NCBI RefSeq assembly: GCF_001194135.2
Contig: NC_068982.1
Location: 31,875,388-31,939,387, forward strand
Origin: Octopus bimaculoides
Lineage: Eukaryota
Length of the DNA: 64,000 bases
Reading direction: 5' to 3'
Both the position numbers and the translations under genes were made by a program. Of the stretch, positions 25,583-38,888 are shown piece after piece (within the stretch, counting starts at the first letter, position 1; each line of letters opens with the position of its first letter). The notes under the pieces are model-generated. The model did no database searches, had not been told where the DNA came from, and saw only the letters and a list, made by a program, of their open reading frames with translations.

Positions 25583-26501
25583 CTATCACAATACTAGGGT
25601 CGTCGAATAAACCTGCTATATTCACTTATTTATAAAGTCAGTTTTTAGTTTGGAAAATAAGTCAATATCTTTAATTATTTTCTCATAAAATAATATAAAA
25701 TCCTTTCATTAGTAAATGCGTTTATATCTCCATGTTTTGAATATCTCACACACAAAGAGAAACTTATTTTTCTGGTGTTGTAGGTCTGTAATCAAAGACA
25801 ATGACCAAGGACACATTCCATAATGAATCTAGGGGCATATTATGCTATGTGTTTCCTTCTTTGTATGACGGAAAAGAATGTTAAGATAAACGTAGCTGCC
25901 ATTTCTTGCATGGAGAGTGAATATCATTGAATTTCTCGTTGGGTTGTTATGAACGCTTTTGATCAAGAATTGTGAAGTGAAATATTGTCAGGAAATTTTG
26001 CTGTTAGCCATTAACGTTTTGCGTCATGAGGAAAATAAAATAACCATAGGCGTAAAGACAATTTCAGATCAAGTTCATGGGTAGAGAACCCTGACCTTTT
26101 AGTTATAGGTCTGCTAGCTCTGTAATTTAAACGTGAACACCCGTCTTTTTTGTAAATACGGACCACTGTCAGTTGTGCCCTTCCTTTTTCGAGACGGTGA
26201 ATGTAATTTGCGGAAATTTGACTGCTTTGATGATGTATTTGTATATTATACTTCACTACAGATGTAATATAGCTTTGTGAACAATATCGATATGAATAAT
26301 GTACAAATGTCCAGTATTACAATGAATTCCATTAAAATAGCTTAAGAAGTATAATTTTGAATAAACTAGACTGTCAGTGAAATAAAAAAGCTAATTTCTT
26401 GTTTTGAATTTATTAATCTATTTCACTGAAATAAATTGGTTCACATTTCACATAACAGATGTATACAGTTTTTGACCGTAAATTTTATATTTCATAATAT
26501 T

Positions 26502-26705
26502 GATTTCAAATTTTGACCCAAGACCAGGAGATACAGAGAGAGGTTAAGACGATTACATTGACCCCAGGTGCTTATTTTATTGACCCCGAAAGGATAAAAG
26601 GCAAATTCAACCTTAGCAGCATTTCAACTCAGAACGTGAAGACGGACGAAATGTCGCTCAACATTTTGCTCGGCGCGGTAACAATTCTGCCAGCTCGCCG
26701 CCTTA
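26502..26705 (-). mobile_element. SINE family 1, full length
   Basis: ...TTCTGCCAGCTCGCCGCCTTA head, body and tail. Confidence 0.88.
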
Positions 26706-27010
26706 TATATTTCATAATATTAACTTTTGAGTGAAAAGTTTTACAATAAAAACAATTCTCATAACACAAGTGTTTAATGTTATTTTAGGATCTAACAAAA
26801 ATATATACTATATATAATCTTGCCCTTGTATGCATACTACAGATATAAGTGTGAGTGAAATTGCAAGGAAGCGTGGGAATGTCTGTTAAGATTAGCAGAA
26901 AATAAGTGCTGTCATTGGTAATATCTTATAAGATAGTTTATCCTTAATAGCAGTTGATTTGTTCACTTTGTGTGTGTGTGTATGTGTGTGCGTGTGTGTG
27001 TATGTGTGTG

Positions 27011-27055
<45 letters not shown>

Positions 27056-27380
27056 CGGGGAGTTACTGGCTCGGTCAAAGGAAGGGCAGTGCCCATGATC
27101 TCTAACAAGGAAATTGAGATCGGTGAGAAGAAAGTTATCCTCTAACTGGAAGCAGAGTGGACTCCTTTAAAGGCATTTATGAGCCTCGTTGTGGATTAGC
27201 AACTGAATTGTTCGAAACATTTAACTTCTTAATCTAATATGCTATTCCTTGCAATGATATTAATATGTTTGCCCTCTGGCTAAAAACTAGCTACACTAAA
27301 TGACGGCCAGTTCATTATTTCATTTACTAGCTTCTTAAATGACATTATATGTTTAATGCTTTATCATACACGCACACACA

Positions 27381-27423
<43 letters not shown>

Positions 27424-28106
27424 ACACACACACACACACACAGAGTTCTGCAAGTGTTTCATCTCTTGCATTGCTTTAGTTGGAATAGATGAGTTATGCA
27501 TACATTAGAGAACACTTTCATCTCGTTTCTAGATAATTCGCACTCGGTAGACTTCAATATACCATCAAGTCACAGTCGATAAAATAATCACCAATAAATA
27601 TATTAATGTTGATTAAGTCCACTTTATATCCGTCCGCTGAACCTTATGAAAATCATACTTTTATGATTATATGTTGTTGTTGTTTTTATTTTGTTATTTT
27701 AGAAATGATTATTCTTAAATAATCTTAAATATATTTTTCATCCTAAATTTATGCCAATAATTTATATGAAATAAGAGTCAACATTGGAATGTGAATACAA
27801 ACAGTAAAGTATACAGGGAACAGGAGCAAGGCATCTATGATAGAAATCCTTGTAATCGAACCACGTGTTACAAACAGCACAAAATACACATCCTGATAGG
27901 GTGGTTTGTCACTCCGCTGTTCTGTGGTCGGTTAAACAAGTACCAACCAAAGTCAACTACTGTAGCCGATGTATTCGAGTCAACACTTTTACCGAATTGC
28001 ATAATTTTGTTACTCAATGGAAATTCCATCTAGGTTAAACTTTGCCAGTCATGCCTTCAGAGCCATAAAACTAATATCCATCAAGTACTGACTTTAATTT
28101 AATCGA

Positions 28107-28321
28107 TTAAGGCGGCGAGTCAGCAGAATCGTTGGCACGCCGGGCAAAATGCTTAACGGGATGTCGTCGTCAGCATGTACGTTTAAATTCCACCGAGATC
28201 GACTTTGCCTTTCATCGTTTCGGGGTCGATAAAATAAGTACCAATTGATCACTAGATTCGATATAATCGACTCACTCCTTCCTCTGAAATTACTGGCCAT
28301 ATGTTAAAATTTGAAACCATT
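28107..28321 (+). mobile_element. SINE family 1, full length
   Basis: TTAAGGCGGCGAGTCAGCAGAATCGTTGGCACGCCGGG head to AAATTTGAAACCATT tail. Confidence 0.9.
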
Positions 28322-30814
28322 AATTTAATCGATTCTACCCCTTCAAATTTAATGGATTTATGACATTTTTAGAAATCCTTTTTTAATAAGTATTCCCAAG
28401 CGCTCACTCTACTCTGACAGTTGTATAATGCGTTTGGCGGGACGTTAAAAAGGGTTAGTGGAAGGCATGAGCGACGATGGGAGCGATTCTGAACGGCGCT
28501 GAGGACCTACTGAGTAGTTTCTTTTTGGGGAATTTTCAATTTGACAGTGCTATATAAGAACAGTCTTTGCTTGTCCAGGATAAAATCTACAGGCAAAAAT
28601 ACAGTAGAACCAGTAGCTTACGAAATTAAGATGTGGACATGGAAACGGGACCCCTCAAGCTCCACTTAAATCTGTGTTGAATGATGGGTCTATGTCGAAC
28701 GGCGGCTACATAGAAGGCGGATAAGACTAGAACATAGGTCTATCATGAAGGTTACTCTATTGTTTTCCTTTTATAAACATGAGCAGGTAATTTTACTTAG
28801 CAAAGTTTTGTCTCTCGAGCCAAGCACTCATCAAATTCTTCTGTATCATTTGTATATTTACATATATGTATAATTTTCTGTGTGTGCGTGTGTGGATGTG
28901 GTTGTGGGTATGTGTGTGTGTAATTATATATAGTGTAAATACACTTTTGCACACACACGCATGTATCACACGCCTTCACTCTCATTTTCTCCATCTGACC
29001 CTCTCTCCATCTCTCTACTTTCTCCCTCTCCCTCTCTCTCCCCTTTTACTCGGAATATATATATATATATATATATANNNNNNNNNNNNNNNNNNNNNNN
29101 NNNNNNNNNNNNNNNNNNNNNNNNNNNNNNNNNNNNNNNNNNNNNNNNNNNNNNNNNNNNNNNNNNNNNNNNNNNNNNNNNNNNNNNNNNNNNNNNNNNN
29201 NNNNNNNNNNNNNNNNNNNNNNNNNNNNNNNNNNNNNNNNNNNNNNNNNNNNNNNNNNNNNNNNNNNNNNNNNNNNNNNNNNNNNNNNNNNNNNNNNNNN
29301 NNNNNNNNNNNNNNNNNNNNNNNNNNNNNNNNNNNNNNNNNNNNNNNNNNNNNNNNNNNNNNNNATATATAAATACAGACACACACGCACATATATGTAC
29401 ATGTATGCATGAGTCTCTCTCCGAGTATTATACCGCACTTTTTTTCTTTGTTGTCTTTTTAGTTGGTTAGCTCCACACCACCGTCATCGCACAATCATAT
29501 GATCGAAAACATTCGATCCCTAATCGTTATATCTCATATATTCAGATGTGGTGTTTGTATTTTGGTGGATTTTATTCGATACGACATTTTTAAAACCATA
29601 GGATGTAGCATACTAAAAAAGAAATACATAACTGCGGTTTTGGCAGTTCACTTGACTAAGCAGAAGTCCCTTCACACCCCACACGTCGTTGACCGAAAGA
29701 GAAATTCCATCTGAACAAGTAAAGCTCACAGGTATGTTCAATTAATTATTCTACTTGAAGTTAGTTCAAATAAGTATTTTCAACAATAGCACAGTCCGAT
29801 GCTCATTCTATCAATACTTCAGAGCATTATCTGATTGTAGTAATATATTGATTAAAGAACGTAAAATGAATCAGCTTATATAATGTTTTACAGAATCATA
29901 TCTGCAATGCAAACATATCATACAACTAATTCTTCTCTTCAGTCTCAGAATTGATTGCAGTTGGTTGCGAATAATTTTGTAAGCAAAATGGAATTCAACA
30001 AAGCAAATTCCAATTTCCTTTGATGAACAATACAGGACGTTAAATTAATTCTATTGATTTTGATGGAAAGCCTTGTCAACTAAATGTCAGATTTCATCTA
30101 TAACATCGTTTAGACTTTAGCTTAGTTTGCCTTACTTTCTAAACATAATTCTAAATGAAATTCATTCTTTTCAGGCAAAATATGGCCGGAGAAGACCAGA
30201 TTTCATATCAATAAAATGACTGGGCGTGACGTACGACTATTCCACATGATTTTGCTATTTATCATTCATCTTTTAATATTTCTGCCAGATTTCATATATA
30301 TATATATATATTAAATGGTCAAAGGTCACTTTAAAAGAAAACGAGATCTCATAGTCAATTCTGTTGCAATGTTACTGTTACGCTCGGGCGAAGCTCAAAC
30401 GAAATATATCGCCAAGAAAGCAATGGCGAAATATAACTAGTTTGATCAGTGGTAATATAAACCTCATTATATTCGATTGGTAATCGTAATAGATGGATAA
30501 GTCTCTTCACTATGTCAATTGAATAAAAAGCGCCAGTATTAACTATAGATTTTTATCCACTAACTTGTAAGATTGCTGATCAGAAGAAAGCAGATTTAGA
30601 AAATTTAGAAAATAAATGAAAATAATAACTGTCTAGAGCCCAATGGCTTAATATTTAAGGAAAATCCTTAGCATTTAAAACGATACTCAGTTTGTAATAG
30701 ATGCATTAGACATATTGGTGATTGCAGAAAGATGTTATGTTCGTCTAGGCGTAATTACTGTGAATGTGGAATAAGCAAATTGAAAGAGCCATTATTTAGA
30801 AACGCCACAGCGAA

Positions 30815-30960
30815 GATTTCTCATCATGGTAGAACGGCTTGCTAGCAATAATAGCCATATATGTTACAATTCATACTAGAGTCTTTGAAACTTGCACATT
30901 TGATAATGTAGTCTTTGATACACTATGCCTGGAAAAATATGGAACGGTCACGGTTGAAAC
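30815..30960 (+). repeat. Fragment of a further interspersed repeat (probable SINE family 4); related pieces at 43690-43870 (-) and 61500-61725 (+)
   Basis: Shared degenerate GATACACTATG...AAAA...GGTCA/TTTGATCAT blocks, aligned by eye. Confidence 0.4.
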
Positions 30961-31046
30961 ANNNNNNNNNNTATATATATATTTACACCGCGTATAAAGA
31001 TATATAAACACATATGTATGTATATATCTATATCTATCTATCTATC

Positions 31047-31783
31047 TAAGTTGATTGCAAAAGAACACCATATGTCAGAAGGATCAATCCGAAATGCTGC
31101 CCACAAAGACATCAGATACAAATCTTATGCGATGAGAAGAGATCATTTCATGTCACAAATAGTGAAGGAAAATCGCTTAATCAGATCTAAAAGCCTCCTG
31201 AACAAACTTAAAATCCGAGCAGAGAAAGATGTCATTTGGTTCTTCTGAGACGAGAAAAACAAAATTTCCTGCAAAGTTTGTTCGAGTAAACTCTGCTGCC
31301 TACATAGATGTTGTGAATGCAGTGGTTAAGGCATGGATCGATAACGTACTCAACGGAAGACCTTATGTGTTTCAACAAGACTCGGCACCATCACATATGC
31401 AGGGATGGATGGAGGAAAATTTTCACGACCACATAACCCCCAACATTTGGCCTCCTAGCTAACCAGATCTCAATCCAATGGACTACTATGTATGGAGTAT
31501 AGTTGAGAAAGAGGTTAATGAGCACCCTCATAACACTAAAGAATCTATAAAAGCCTCCATAGTCAGAGTAATGTTCAATATGAACACAGACCACTTGATG
31601 GCGATTCCGACCTCGCATAGAAGCCGTTATTGAAGCTGAAGGAGATTTTATTGAATAAAATGACGAATCAATATGTTTATTCTTATTCTCAAGACGTTTT
31701 TCAATAAAAAGGCAGTATTGTCTATTTCTAAGAGCCATTTTTGTGTAAGTTTATAACTGTCCTCAAATACATTATGCACCCTG
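31047..31783 (+). mobile_element. Tc1/mariner-superfamily transposase remnant (maT/DD37D-like) with right TIR
   Basis: WFF*DEK, YVFQQDSAPSH, WPPS*PDLNPMDYYVW; terminal ATGCACCCTG (reverse CAGGGTGCAT). Confidence 0.85.
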
Positions 31784-31789
31784 TGTATA

Positions 31790-32141
31790 AAGCAATGTTA
31801 TTTATTTTTAATCCAAAAATAAATCAAGGCACAGAGTAAACAACGCACAGAGTACTCCGGATACGATATGATATATATCCACTTTTGCTACTACAATTAT
31901 CTCCGGAAAATACCCACAAGGATTCTTTACATGGATGTTTACTGCTGGAATGAAGCTACACGCCAAGTACTGTTTCTTCTTTGTTCTTTTTTCTGCGCAT
32001 CGCTCTCACTTCTTACTACAAATCTCCTCTTATAGATGAAATAATCCATCCTTCTACTATTACCGTCTCCGATGAAGGGATACATTGGATTTTCCCTGAA
32101 ACAGCTGTAAGACTTTATCCATAAAATATAATTCTAACTTT
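31790..32141 (+). mobile_element. Penelope-like terminal repeat carrying a hammerhead
   Basis: Contains the hammerhead motif below and runs into a gap that exits in (TA)n. Its last bases resemble the tail at 33870-33939. Confidence 0.55.
32065..32113 (+). ncRNA. Minimal type I hammerhead ribozyme
   Basis: GTCT-CCGATGA-AGGGA-(12-nt loop)-TCCCT-GAAA-C-AGCT-GTA-AGAC. Stem I 4 bp, stem II 5 bp, palindromic ACAGCTGT, GUA cleavage triplet, U4C core variant. Confidence 0.8.
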
Positions 32142-32637
32142 NNNNNNNNNNNNNNNNNNNNNNNNNNNNNNNNNNNNNNNNNNNNNNNNNNNNNNNNNNN
32201 NNNNNNNNNNNNNNNNNNNNNNNNNNNNNNNNNNNNNNNNNNNNNNNNNNNNNNNNNNNNNNNNNNNNNNNNNNNNNNNNNNNNNNNNNNNNNNNNNNNN
32301 NNNNNNNNNNNNNNNNNNNNNNNNNNNNNNNNNNNNNNNNNNNNNNNNNNNNNNNNNNNNNNNNNNNNNNNNNNNNNNNNNNNNNNNNNNNNNNNNNNNN
32401 NNNNNNNNNNNNNNNNNNNNNNNNNNNNNNNNNNNNNNNNNNNNNNNNNNNNNNNNNNNNNNNNNNNNNNNNNNNNNNNNNNNNNNNNNNNNNNNNNNNN
32501 NNNNNNNNNNNNNNNNNNNNNNNNNNNNNNNNNNNNNNNNNNNNNNNNNNNNNNNNNNNNNNNNNNNNNNNNNNNNNNNNNNNNNNNNNNNNNNNNNNNN
32601 NNNNNNNNNNNNNNNNNNNNNNNNNNNNNNNNNNNNN

Positions 32638-32716
<79 letters not shown>

Positions 32717-32852
32717 CATATATGTAAGTGTGTGTGTCTATGTGTTTGTGTATATGTGTGTGTGCTTGTGCGGAGCTGAGAATGTCGGTGGCCGTGTGCG
32801 TGCACAAGCTCGAATGTTTGTGTATCCAATATTTGCGTATATATGTATACAT

Positions 32853-32945
32853 GAGTCGCTGAGTTTACTGTGTGAAGCTTACTTCCAAACCATGTGATCT
32901 TGGTTTCAATCCCCCCGCGTGGCACCTGGGACAAGTGTTCGCACT
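32853..32945 (+). mobile_element. SINE family 2 head
   Basis: AACCATGTGATCTTGGTTTCAATCCC...CGTGGCACCTGGGACAAGTG. Confidence 0.65.
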
Positions 32946-33223
32946 CATATATGTGCAATCACTCACCCACATACACACAAACACATATGCACAAACAAGT
33001 CTGATGAAGATGAGCAAACAGAAACATCGAAGCTATTAAACTATTATGTTTATTCACCTTTACAAGTATGCTAAAACATATTGAGTTCTTATTCGGTTAT
33101 GAAGTTAAATCCATTGATATAAATCTGAGTGTATGTATATATATGTATTTGAAACACACATCCACAGCCACTCAAATATGTATGTATGCATGTATGTATG
33201 TATGTATGTATGTATGTATATAT

Positions 33224-33939
33224 ATTAAAGAACTTAAAAATATTAACACACACCTCATTACCTTAAATAACAAAATCGAGGACTCAAATCTTCTCGCCCG
33301 AGAAAGGATAAACAGTGAAGTCACTACTCACTACACTGATCAGGTTAGTAATGATTTACAACTTTTATACACAACCCTCAAATCAATATACATTAACAAA
33401 CCAAACAATGAACAACAACCTCCTCTACACGATACTATCGACGAATTCATTATAAAACAAGAACAAATTAGTAAAGATTTAAACACTCTGTGTATTACAC
33501 TAAAGTCGGTATTCACAAACAAACCGAACAACAGCCAACGCACACCAAATGAAACACATCAGGACGCCATACTTACAGAAGTCAATTTAACAAAAAGAAA
33601 AATAGAAAATATTTGGAATACAAGCCTCCATAATAGAAAAATCGCTTACTGGAATATGATAAAAAATTCCAACAAAGCAAATATTTACGAGGGATGGATG
33701 AACTCAACACCAATTATTCTCCCACACAAATTCCAGATCAAAACAATACCAAATGAACCTGACGGACAGAGAACCATCAGGGAAAAGTTAGCAATTTCTC
33801 AAAATACAATGTTTATATACCAAAAAGATTTTATAAAATTTTTGTAACATTTTTCTAACATTTTTCTGACATAATTTAAATATATACTTTAACCAAGTAA
33901 CACAAGCCTTCTGTAGTTTTTTCACTCTTATTATCTTTT
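33224..33939 (+). mobile_element. Internally deleted retroelement (probably Penelope-like): ~190-codon open N-terminal fragment fused to a terminal tail, between (TA)n tracts
   Basis: Open frame IKELKNIN...RKIAYWNMIKN...LPHKFQIK, strongly A/C-biased, with an internal ~41-codon duplication. Flanked by (TATG)n(TA)n and (TA)n. Confidence 0.5.
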
Positions 33940-34442
33940 ATATATANNNNNNNNNNNNNNNNNNNNNNNNNNNNNNNNNNNNNNNNNNNNNNNNNNNNNN
34001 NNNNNNNNNNNNNNNNNNNNNNNNNNNNNNNNNNNNNNNNNNNNNNNNNNNNNNNNNNNNNNNNNNNNNNNNNNNNNNNNNNNNNNNNNNNNNNNNNNNN
34101 NNNNNNNNNNNNNNNNNNNNNNNNNNNNNNNNNNNNNNNNNNNNNNNNNNNNNNNNNNNNNNNNNNNNNNNNNNNNNNNNNNNNNNNNNNNNNNNNNNNN
34201 NNNNNNNNNNNNNNNNNNNNNNNNNNNNNNNNNNNNNNNNNNNNNNNNNNNNNNNNNNNNNNNNNNNNNNNNNNNNNNNNNNNNNNNNNNNNNNNNNNNN
34301 NNNNNNNNNNNNNNNNNNNNNNNNNNNNNNNNNNNNNNNNNNNNNNNNNNNNNNNNNNNNNNNNNNNNNNNNNNNNNNNNNNNNNNNNNNNNNNNNNNNN
34401 NNNNNNNNNNNNNNNNNNNNNNNNNNNNNNNNNNNNNNNNNN

Positions 34443-34488
<46 letters not shown>

Positions 34489-34601
34489 TGCATATATCTA
34501 TACATATATACATACATGTATGTGTGTGTGATATATATATTCATAAATTTATTCACATATGTATATAAAGTATAGATGCATGCATAACCAAGCAAGTATA
34601 C

Positions 34602-34637
<36 letters not shown>

Positions 34638-35749
34638 TTATGTATGTAAGTGTGTGTGTGTGTGTGTGTATACCCACTTATATTTGCATAAATAGTCTTA
34701 TATTTGTTTGTGCGTATATTTACATATATGTATATATACATCCATACGCTCAAATGTGTACATATTGAGGTATTCATAAGCGCTCATGTACATTTACACG
34801 CACGCACGCATGCACACAATTATTTATTACACACAGACGAATATAAACGCATTTATACATTCATATATATGCACTCACATAAACATATACATATATGTAC
34901 ACGTATGTGTACACATATATTTATTCACTCACAGAAACAAATATATCTCCACACCTAAATATTTATAATACATAATCTGACCATATGCTCCCGATATAGC
35001 GGTAGGGATGTAAGATAACGAACGATAAGGTTTGTATGTTAATAGGTGTATGTGTGGACGGGATATTAAGAGTGACGAGAGAGAGAGAGAGAGATAGAGA
35101 GAGAAGGGGAGAAGGAGCGAGTGCAATATAAGAATAAAAAATAAAATGAAAGAATGAAAGAAATGAAAAAGTAGAAAGAATTGTTAGAAGTGGAATCAAA
35201 CAAACGGCTAAAAGTTGCTTGTTTGGAAGCTATTTATTTTCATTATATCTCCTTAGTGAGCACTGAAGTCGTGGTGCTAATCCTTTAATCTGCTGGTTTG
35301 AAGTGGTTCATTATAAATGCGATTTTTATTTGATGACCAATCGATTCTCTAGAAAAGTGATCGACAAACTGTAAAGTTGCACTATGGGAAGACAATAGCA
35401 TGACACTGGAATTAGAACTTCTATCAAAACGTCACTAATCTAACTAAATCCTCGTGTCTTTCTTGTGTTTGTTTGTGTCTTTATTTTCGCGCACGCGCAT
35501 GCGTGTGAATGAGTGAGTGTATGTGTGTGAGAGTATATGCGCGTTTGTATGTGTGTAGTTTTCTGCGCTTATAGTGTTGTGTAAGTATTTATATCTTTGT
35601 ATCGCTTAAGCTGTTGCATGTATTTAACTATCACAAAGTCTGTGCGTGTTCTTGCTTATACATAAGGCCTGTACGTGCGTGCATCTGGGAATACATTCTA
35701 TGTATGCGTAAAGTCCTGTATATATGTGTCAAGTCGGTTAAGTGCTTCT

Positions 35750-35845
35750 TGTGACATGTAATCCAGTACAACCTGTTACATAGCCAGGTCGTCGGTGATT
35801 AAACAGACACAACTTCCAGACTCGTCTGTAAGGAGGGTTGCTGGA
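35750..35845 (+). repeat. Unclassified interspersed repeat (homologous to 18735-18835)
   Basis: See the 18735 entry. Confidence 0.6.
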
Positions 35846-36967
35846 AACTCAACGAGACAGATAAAAGACGGATGAACCCTATTTAAAGCCAACAGCTACC
35901 TAGCTAGAGTGCAAGGGACAAAAATATCCACGAATATTGATCAAGCGGGTTGCACGACCTGTTTGCGTTTGATAGACTCTTAGTGTTTGTCATAACATAG
36001 GTACATGGCGGTAGATAGGGGTTTTACAGTTGTACTGGTAACCTACACGTACAGCTCTGAGCATTTGTGGGTGAGTCCAGAAAAACGAAAGATAGTGAGT
36101 ATACTCTGAGAAAAAAAACGGCTGTGGTGGTTAGCTTAAGGTTGTTTTCTGATAAACTGGATTTCGGACAGCTTTCTGTAGCTCAGAGTAGATTCTACTA
36201 ATCTCAGCTCGCCGTTGCCACTGGATCTATCCCTTTCACAATTAAGACAGTAATACTGGAAAGTACTTGCCTCTAAGTCCACTATGCAGTCTCATTACAC
36301 AGATACCTCTTGTCACAATGAAAACTGTGGATCTTGAATTTCAAATTGTTCGTGTTATAACACGCGTGTCTGTGCTCCTGAAACATTGTCACTTCCGTAT
36401 AATGTCCCTGTCCCAGGCGATACATGAAACGTCTAGAATAAATCGTAGCAGGCGATATTCATTTCATCGGTCATCTGCATATTTTCACCTTCTGTTGCAG
36501 ATGTTCTTTAAGCACTACAATCATCAAAGTATCTAGAGATAGGGAGATAATGGGTTAATCAAAGGATCAGCAATCCAAGAAAGAGATGAATCGAAATGTA
36601 CGATCGTTAGTGGATACACAACTGAAGATGTTAGTCGTGAGCAAATTTTAATGGACAACCATAAGCAAATACGTGATGCGTATGATTGTCTGTCTATTCG
36701 TACCAATATAACCTCGCTCATGTATACATATGTATAAAATTTAATTATTCCTTCCATACTGTATTTGTATAACGAGAGCACTTTTGAGCAGAATATATAC
36801 ATACACCCACATAAGTACGTACACACACACACACACGGACATATACACACACATACACGCACACGCACACATATATATATATATATACGTACATTTATAT
36901 CAATATACGTATATACACAAACGTACATACATACGTACTTACAAACATATATAAATACATATGCACC

Positions 36968-38644
36968 TAGTTACAGTATTCTCAAATGATGTAGGATTGG
37001 AGTTGGTTTAGGATAAATGTTCTTATATGGTTGTGAAAAGGAGAAAACTGTAAACCAAGCCAGCAAGATCTCCATCAATGATTCCCCCTATATCTGACGA
37101 GGAATGTTACAGGTAGCCAGTGATGGATGAAAACATATCTTACAATGGCACCAGTAGCAAAACACATGTCACTAATACAGCCGAATAAAGAAAATTTGGA
37201 CTTCAGTACTCTCTGCATTCAATAAAACAGTGGCCCACAATGTGTTTGCATTGCCAGTACACATGCCAACCTTTGGGTTGCTAGATTGGACGCTCGATGA
37301 GATCCGAGCCATTGATGTGAAAATCCGAAAAATACTAACAAGCACACATAATTTCCACATAAACAGTGACGAAAACCACCGCTACCTAAAACGAAAGCAA
37401 AGCAGCAGAAGCTTAACATCGATCTAAATTGCTTTTGATGTCGTATCATATCCCTTCAGCAACATCTTTTAACCACCAAGTCTCGAAGTGCATCCTTTGA
37501 CGAAGTTTTCCTACATAAGGCTGATAACCTCATAAGACTTGGAAGGCAGCTCATTGAGCAACATTCCTTGTCTAATACCCTAAAATACATGCCCAAAGAA
37601 GTCGTACGACTCTACCGCAACACATCATCAGATGAAAGGAGGAGCTTGTTTGAGTCGAACACTATACATGGATATGTTGGTAGAAAGCTCCGAGATGACA
37701 GTAACATTGATCAATAAAGCAGTCTATGATGGACCAATAACCGGATTACTACCTTCTACTTTCAAGGGTATGCGTTTGCAATCGAGGAACAGGAAATATC
37801 AACCAAATACCTGATGCACAAAAGGGATAGAGATGCAGGGAAAACATTAAAATGTGACAACCGATACAGACTTTGCGGAGTTAACAACGAAGATATCACC
37901 TCATCACAAGCAGTTGTCTGAAAATGACATCACGGGGTATTATCTACCAATGAGACATGCTGTTGTGGCTAGGACACTCTATAATGTAATCCGTCGGAAG
38001 GATAACCCCGCGAACAAAGAAATAAGAACCTAAGAAGCCTTAGCCACTCATAATAAAAAGGAATACTGATAGAATGTACCCATGAAGACCTCAATAATAT
38101 ATAAATAAACACAACAGACCTGATATAATGATTTGGGATAGAGAAGAGAAACTGTGCACAGTTGTGGAAATTAGCTACCCAGCGGATGTTGACATAAAGC
38201 TGAAGATCAGTGAAAATAAGAATACCTACACTGAACTATTGAGAAATCTGCAGTTACTCTATCCAGACTACAAGCTGAGGTTTATACCTGTAATTATTGG
38301 AGCCATGGGAATATGTAACACACTGCCTAAATACCAATCATGAGAAATTAGGCTTCTCAAAACCAGAAAGGAGAAAGCTAATCCGTAGACTACAGAACCA
38401 ATCCTTTACTGGAACTGTAAAAATCTGTAAAACTTTCCAGAAGTTTATCATTTAAATATATATGAGCATGTCCAGATATACAACTACATGCATGAGAATA
38501 GATACATAAAACAAAACATACATACAAACAAATATATATACTCCACTGTTAGTGCTGAAATTCCAATGAAGGAGCCTTGAATCTAGGTTAGAAACCAATT
38601 CTTTCTCTATTGGTAAGAAATCTTAAAATAAAACTGAATAATGA
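36968..38644 (+). mobile_element. R4/Dong-like element, family D, 5'-truncated, with finger, RLE and 3' UTR
   Basis: Co-linear with 10280-10755. HNFHINSD, RPDIMIWDREEKLCTVVEISYP, FIPVIIGAMG, TGTVKICKTFQKFII*. The terminus AATAAAACTGAATAATGA is followed by CATACATA. Confidence 0.92.
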
Positions 38645-38713
38645 CATACATATATACAGACAGACAGACAGACAGACACACACACACACACATGTATATA
38701 TATATATATATAC

Positions 38714-38888
38714 ATTTCACAAGGGGGTAAACATAGAGGGGACAAACAAGGACAGACAAAAGAATTAAGTCGATTACATCGACCCCAGTGCGTAACTGGT
38801 ACTTAATTTCTTGACCCCGAAAGGATGAAAGGCAAAGTACACCTCGGTGGAATTGGAACTCAGAACGTAGAGACAGACGAAGTACCTA
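38714..38888 (-). mobile_element. SINE family 1 variant with alternative 3' end
   Basis: GTCGATTACATCGACCCCAGTG...GGAACTCAGAACGTAG. Confidence 0.85.

Noticed and set aside
28415-28586. Minus-strand peptide ending STNPF* and an overlapping 76-nt exon candidate
   Set aside because: Two mutually exclusive readings, short, with weak splice support
29463-29731. Segment with strong acceptor and donor
   Set aside because: No reading frame stays open to the donor; at most a non-coding exon with no further support
32995-33040. CTGATGA...GAAAC hammerhead-like motif
   Set aside because: No stem II pairing, no stem III/GUH, no stem I
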